The notes below the pieces were generated by a model. It was not told the DNA's origin and searched no databases. It worked only from the letters and a program-made list of their open reading frames with translations. A DNA stretch of 64,000 nt from assembly GCA_963677435.1 (NCBI GenBank), contig OY781945.1, forward strand, positions 2,432,001 to 2,496,000, read 5' to 3'. Both the position numbers and the translations under genes were made by a program. The stretch comes from an uncultured Aliarcobacter sp. (GTDB lineage Bacteria; Campylobacterota; Campylobacteria; Campylobacterales; Arcobacteraceae). Positions 62,704-64,000 of this stretch are shown here, piece by piece. Numbering within the stretch: position 1 is the stretch's first letter; each line of letters opens with the position of its first letter.

Positions 62704-63461
62704 GGAGCATTACCACTATCCCAAAGTTTATTCAAATCATTTTTATCTTTTAAACTATCCATTGGAGACCAAAATCCTTTATGTTTATAAGTAAATAATT
62801 CTCCATCGAGTGCAAGATTTTTCAAAGGTGCTTGCTCAAAAATTGTATTATCACCTTCTGTTATATAATCGAATACTTTTGGTTCACATACAAAAAATCC
62901 AGCATTTATCCAATGACCATCCCCTTTCGGTTTTTCTTTAAATTCTTCAACTTGATTATTTTTATCTATATTTAAAGCACCAAATCTTCCATCTGGTTGA
63001 TGAGAAGTCATAGTAATAGCTTTTCCATGAGATTTATGAAATTTAATTAATTCATCAATATTTATATCTGATACTCCATCCCCATAAGTTAACATAAAAG
63101 CTTCATTTCCAATAAAATTTTGAGCCCTTTTTATTCTTCCACCTGTCATACTATTAAGACCAGTATCAAGAAGGGTAACCTTCCACGGTTCACTAGAATT
63201 ATTTAAAACCTCCATTTTTCCATTTTTCATATCAATTGTAACATCACTTTGATGTAAAAAATAATTTGCAAAATACTCTTTAATATAATATCCTTTATAT
63301 CCAAGAAGAATAACAAAATCATTAAAACCATATTTTGAATAAATTTTCATTATATGCCATAAAATTGGCTTACCAGCAATCTCAACCATCGGTTTTGGAC
63401 GGATATCAGTTTCCTCTGAAATTCGAGTTCCAAATCCCCCTGCTAATAAAACTACTTTCAT
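62688..63461 (-). CDS. rfbF: Glucose-1-phosphate cytidylyltransferase (DdhA)
   Basis: LAGGFGTRISEET..PKPMVEI, MTGGR, TYGDG, APWKIW. Confidence 0.96.
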   Translation of the reverse strand: MKVVLLAGGFGTRISEETDIRPKPMVEIAGKPILWHIMKIYSKYGFNDFVILLGYKGYYIKEYFANYFLHQSDVTIDMKNGKMEVLNNSSEPWKVTLLDTGLNSMTGGRIKRAQNFIGNEAFMLTYGDGVSDINIDELIKFHKSHGKAITMTSHQPDGRFGALNIDKNNQVEEFKEKPKGDGHWINAGFFVCEPKVFDYITEGDNTIFEQAPLKNLALDGELFTYKHKGFWSPMDSLKDKNDLNKLWDSGNAPWKIW

Positions 63462-64000
63462 TATTTTGCTCCTTCATTATATATTCTTAAATACCACTCA
63501 ATAGTCTTTATAATACCACTATCAAAGTTTTCATCAGCTTTCCATCCTAAATCATTTTCAAGTTTAGTTGCATCAATTGCATATCTTCTATCATGTCCTG
63601 CTCTATCTTCTACAAATGTGATTAATTCTTTATAAGAATTTTCTTTTGGAACCTCTTTATCTAGAATTGTACAAATTCTATCTACAATTTGAAGATTTGT
63701 TCTTTCATTTCTTCCACCAATGTTGTATGTTTCACCATTTTTACCCGTATGATAAACAATATCAATTCCTTTACAGTGATCAAGTACATATAGCCAATCT
63801 CGGATATTCTTTCCATCTCCATAAATTGGAATATTTTGATTAGATAATGCTTTTCTTATAATCGTTGGGATTAATTTCTCATCATGTTGTTTTGGTCCAT
63901 AATTATTTGAACAGTTAGTTATTACTGTATTCATTCCATATGTTTCATTATACGCTCTGATTATCATATCGCTAGATGCTTTAGAAGCAGAGTATGGAGA
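63461..64000 (-). CDS. rfbB: dTDP-glucose 4,6-dehydratase (3' part; 5' end outside window)
   Basis: SPYSASKASSD at the window edge, CSNNYGP, YGDGKNIRDWLYV, DRAGHDRRYAID. Confidence 0.95.
   Translation of the reverse strand, partial: SPYSASKASSDMIIRAYNETYGMNTVITNCSNNYGPKQHDEKLIPTIIRKALSNQNIPIYGDGKNIRDWLYVLDHCKGIDIVYHTGKNGETYNIGGRNERTNLQIVDRICTILDKEVPKENSYKELITFVEDRAGHDRRYAIDATKLENDLGWKADENFDSGIIKTIEWYLRIYNEGAK

Noticed and set aside
45643..64000. Phase-variable homopolymer tracts in glycan genes
   Set aside because: No long poly-G/C tracts seen; A/T runs such as the one near 53830 are in frame and common at this composition

Overview
AT-rich chromosomal window from a Campylobacterota (Epsilonproteobacteria) organism. 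Gene content and protein style suggest Arcobacteraceae (inference, not a database result). It falls into five blocks. (1) 1-5.4 kb: the S10 ribosomal protein operon (rpsJ to partial rplX, minus strand) with a perfect sigma70 promoter and a structured leader. (2) 5.5-22.3 kb: mostly core genes (ruvA-ddl-hydrolase-murF-hit, thiL-truD, recO, ychF), plus a c-heme chemoreceptor, a minimal CheZ, a superoxide reductase, a tandem NosL protein and a very acidic small protein upstream of recO. (3) 22.3-40.3 kb: an ~18 kb accessory block between pepA and ychF. It holds a lipoprotein array with a diverged paralogue pair, a three-gene small-protein operon (two genes missed by the ORF track), three diguanylate cyclases, a minimal molybdoenzyme operon and a Kef-type antiporter. 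(4) 40.3-45.6 kb: pepA, dedA, trpB, apt, an exported ATP-dependent DNA ligase and a pseudopilin. (5) 45.6-64 kb: a Wzx/Wzy surface-polysaccharide cluster. It encodes a CDP-3,6-dideoxyhexose pathway with a ThDP-dependent enzyme and a reductase inserted (YerE/YerF-like, predicting a branched yersiniose-type sugar, with no DdhD in the usual position), and a dTDP-3-amino-3,6-dideoxyhexose pathway. I found no rRNA, tRNA, CRISPR array, transposase or integrase. All family calls come from motif recognition by eye.
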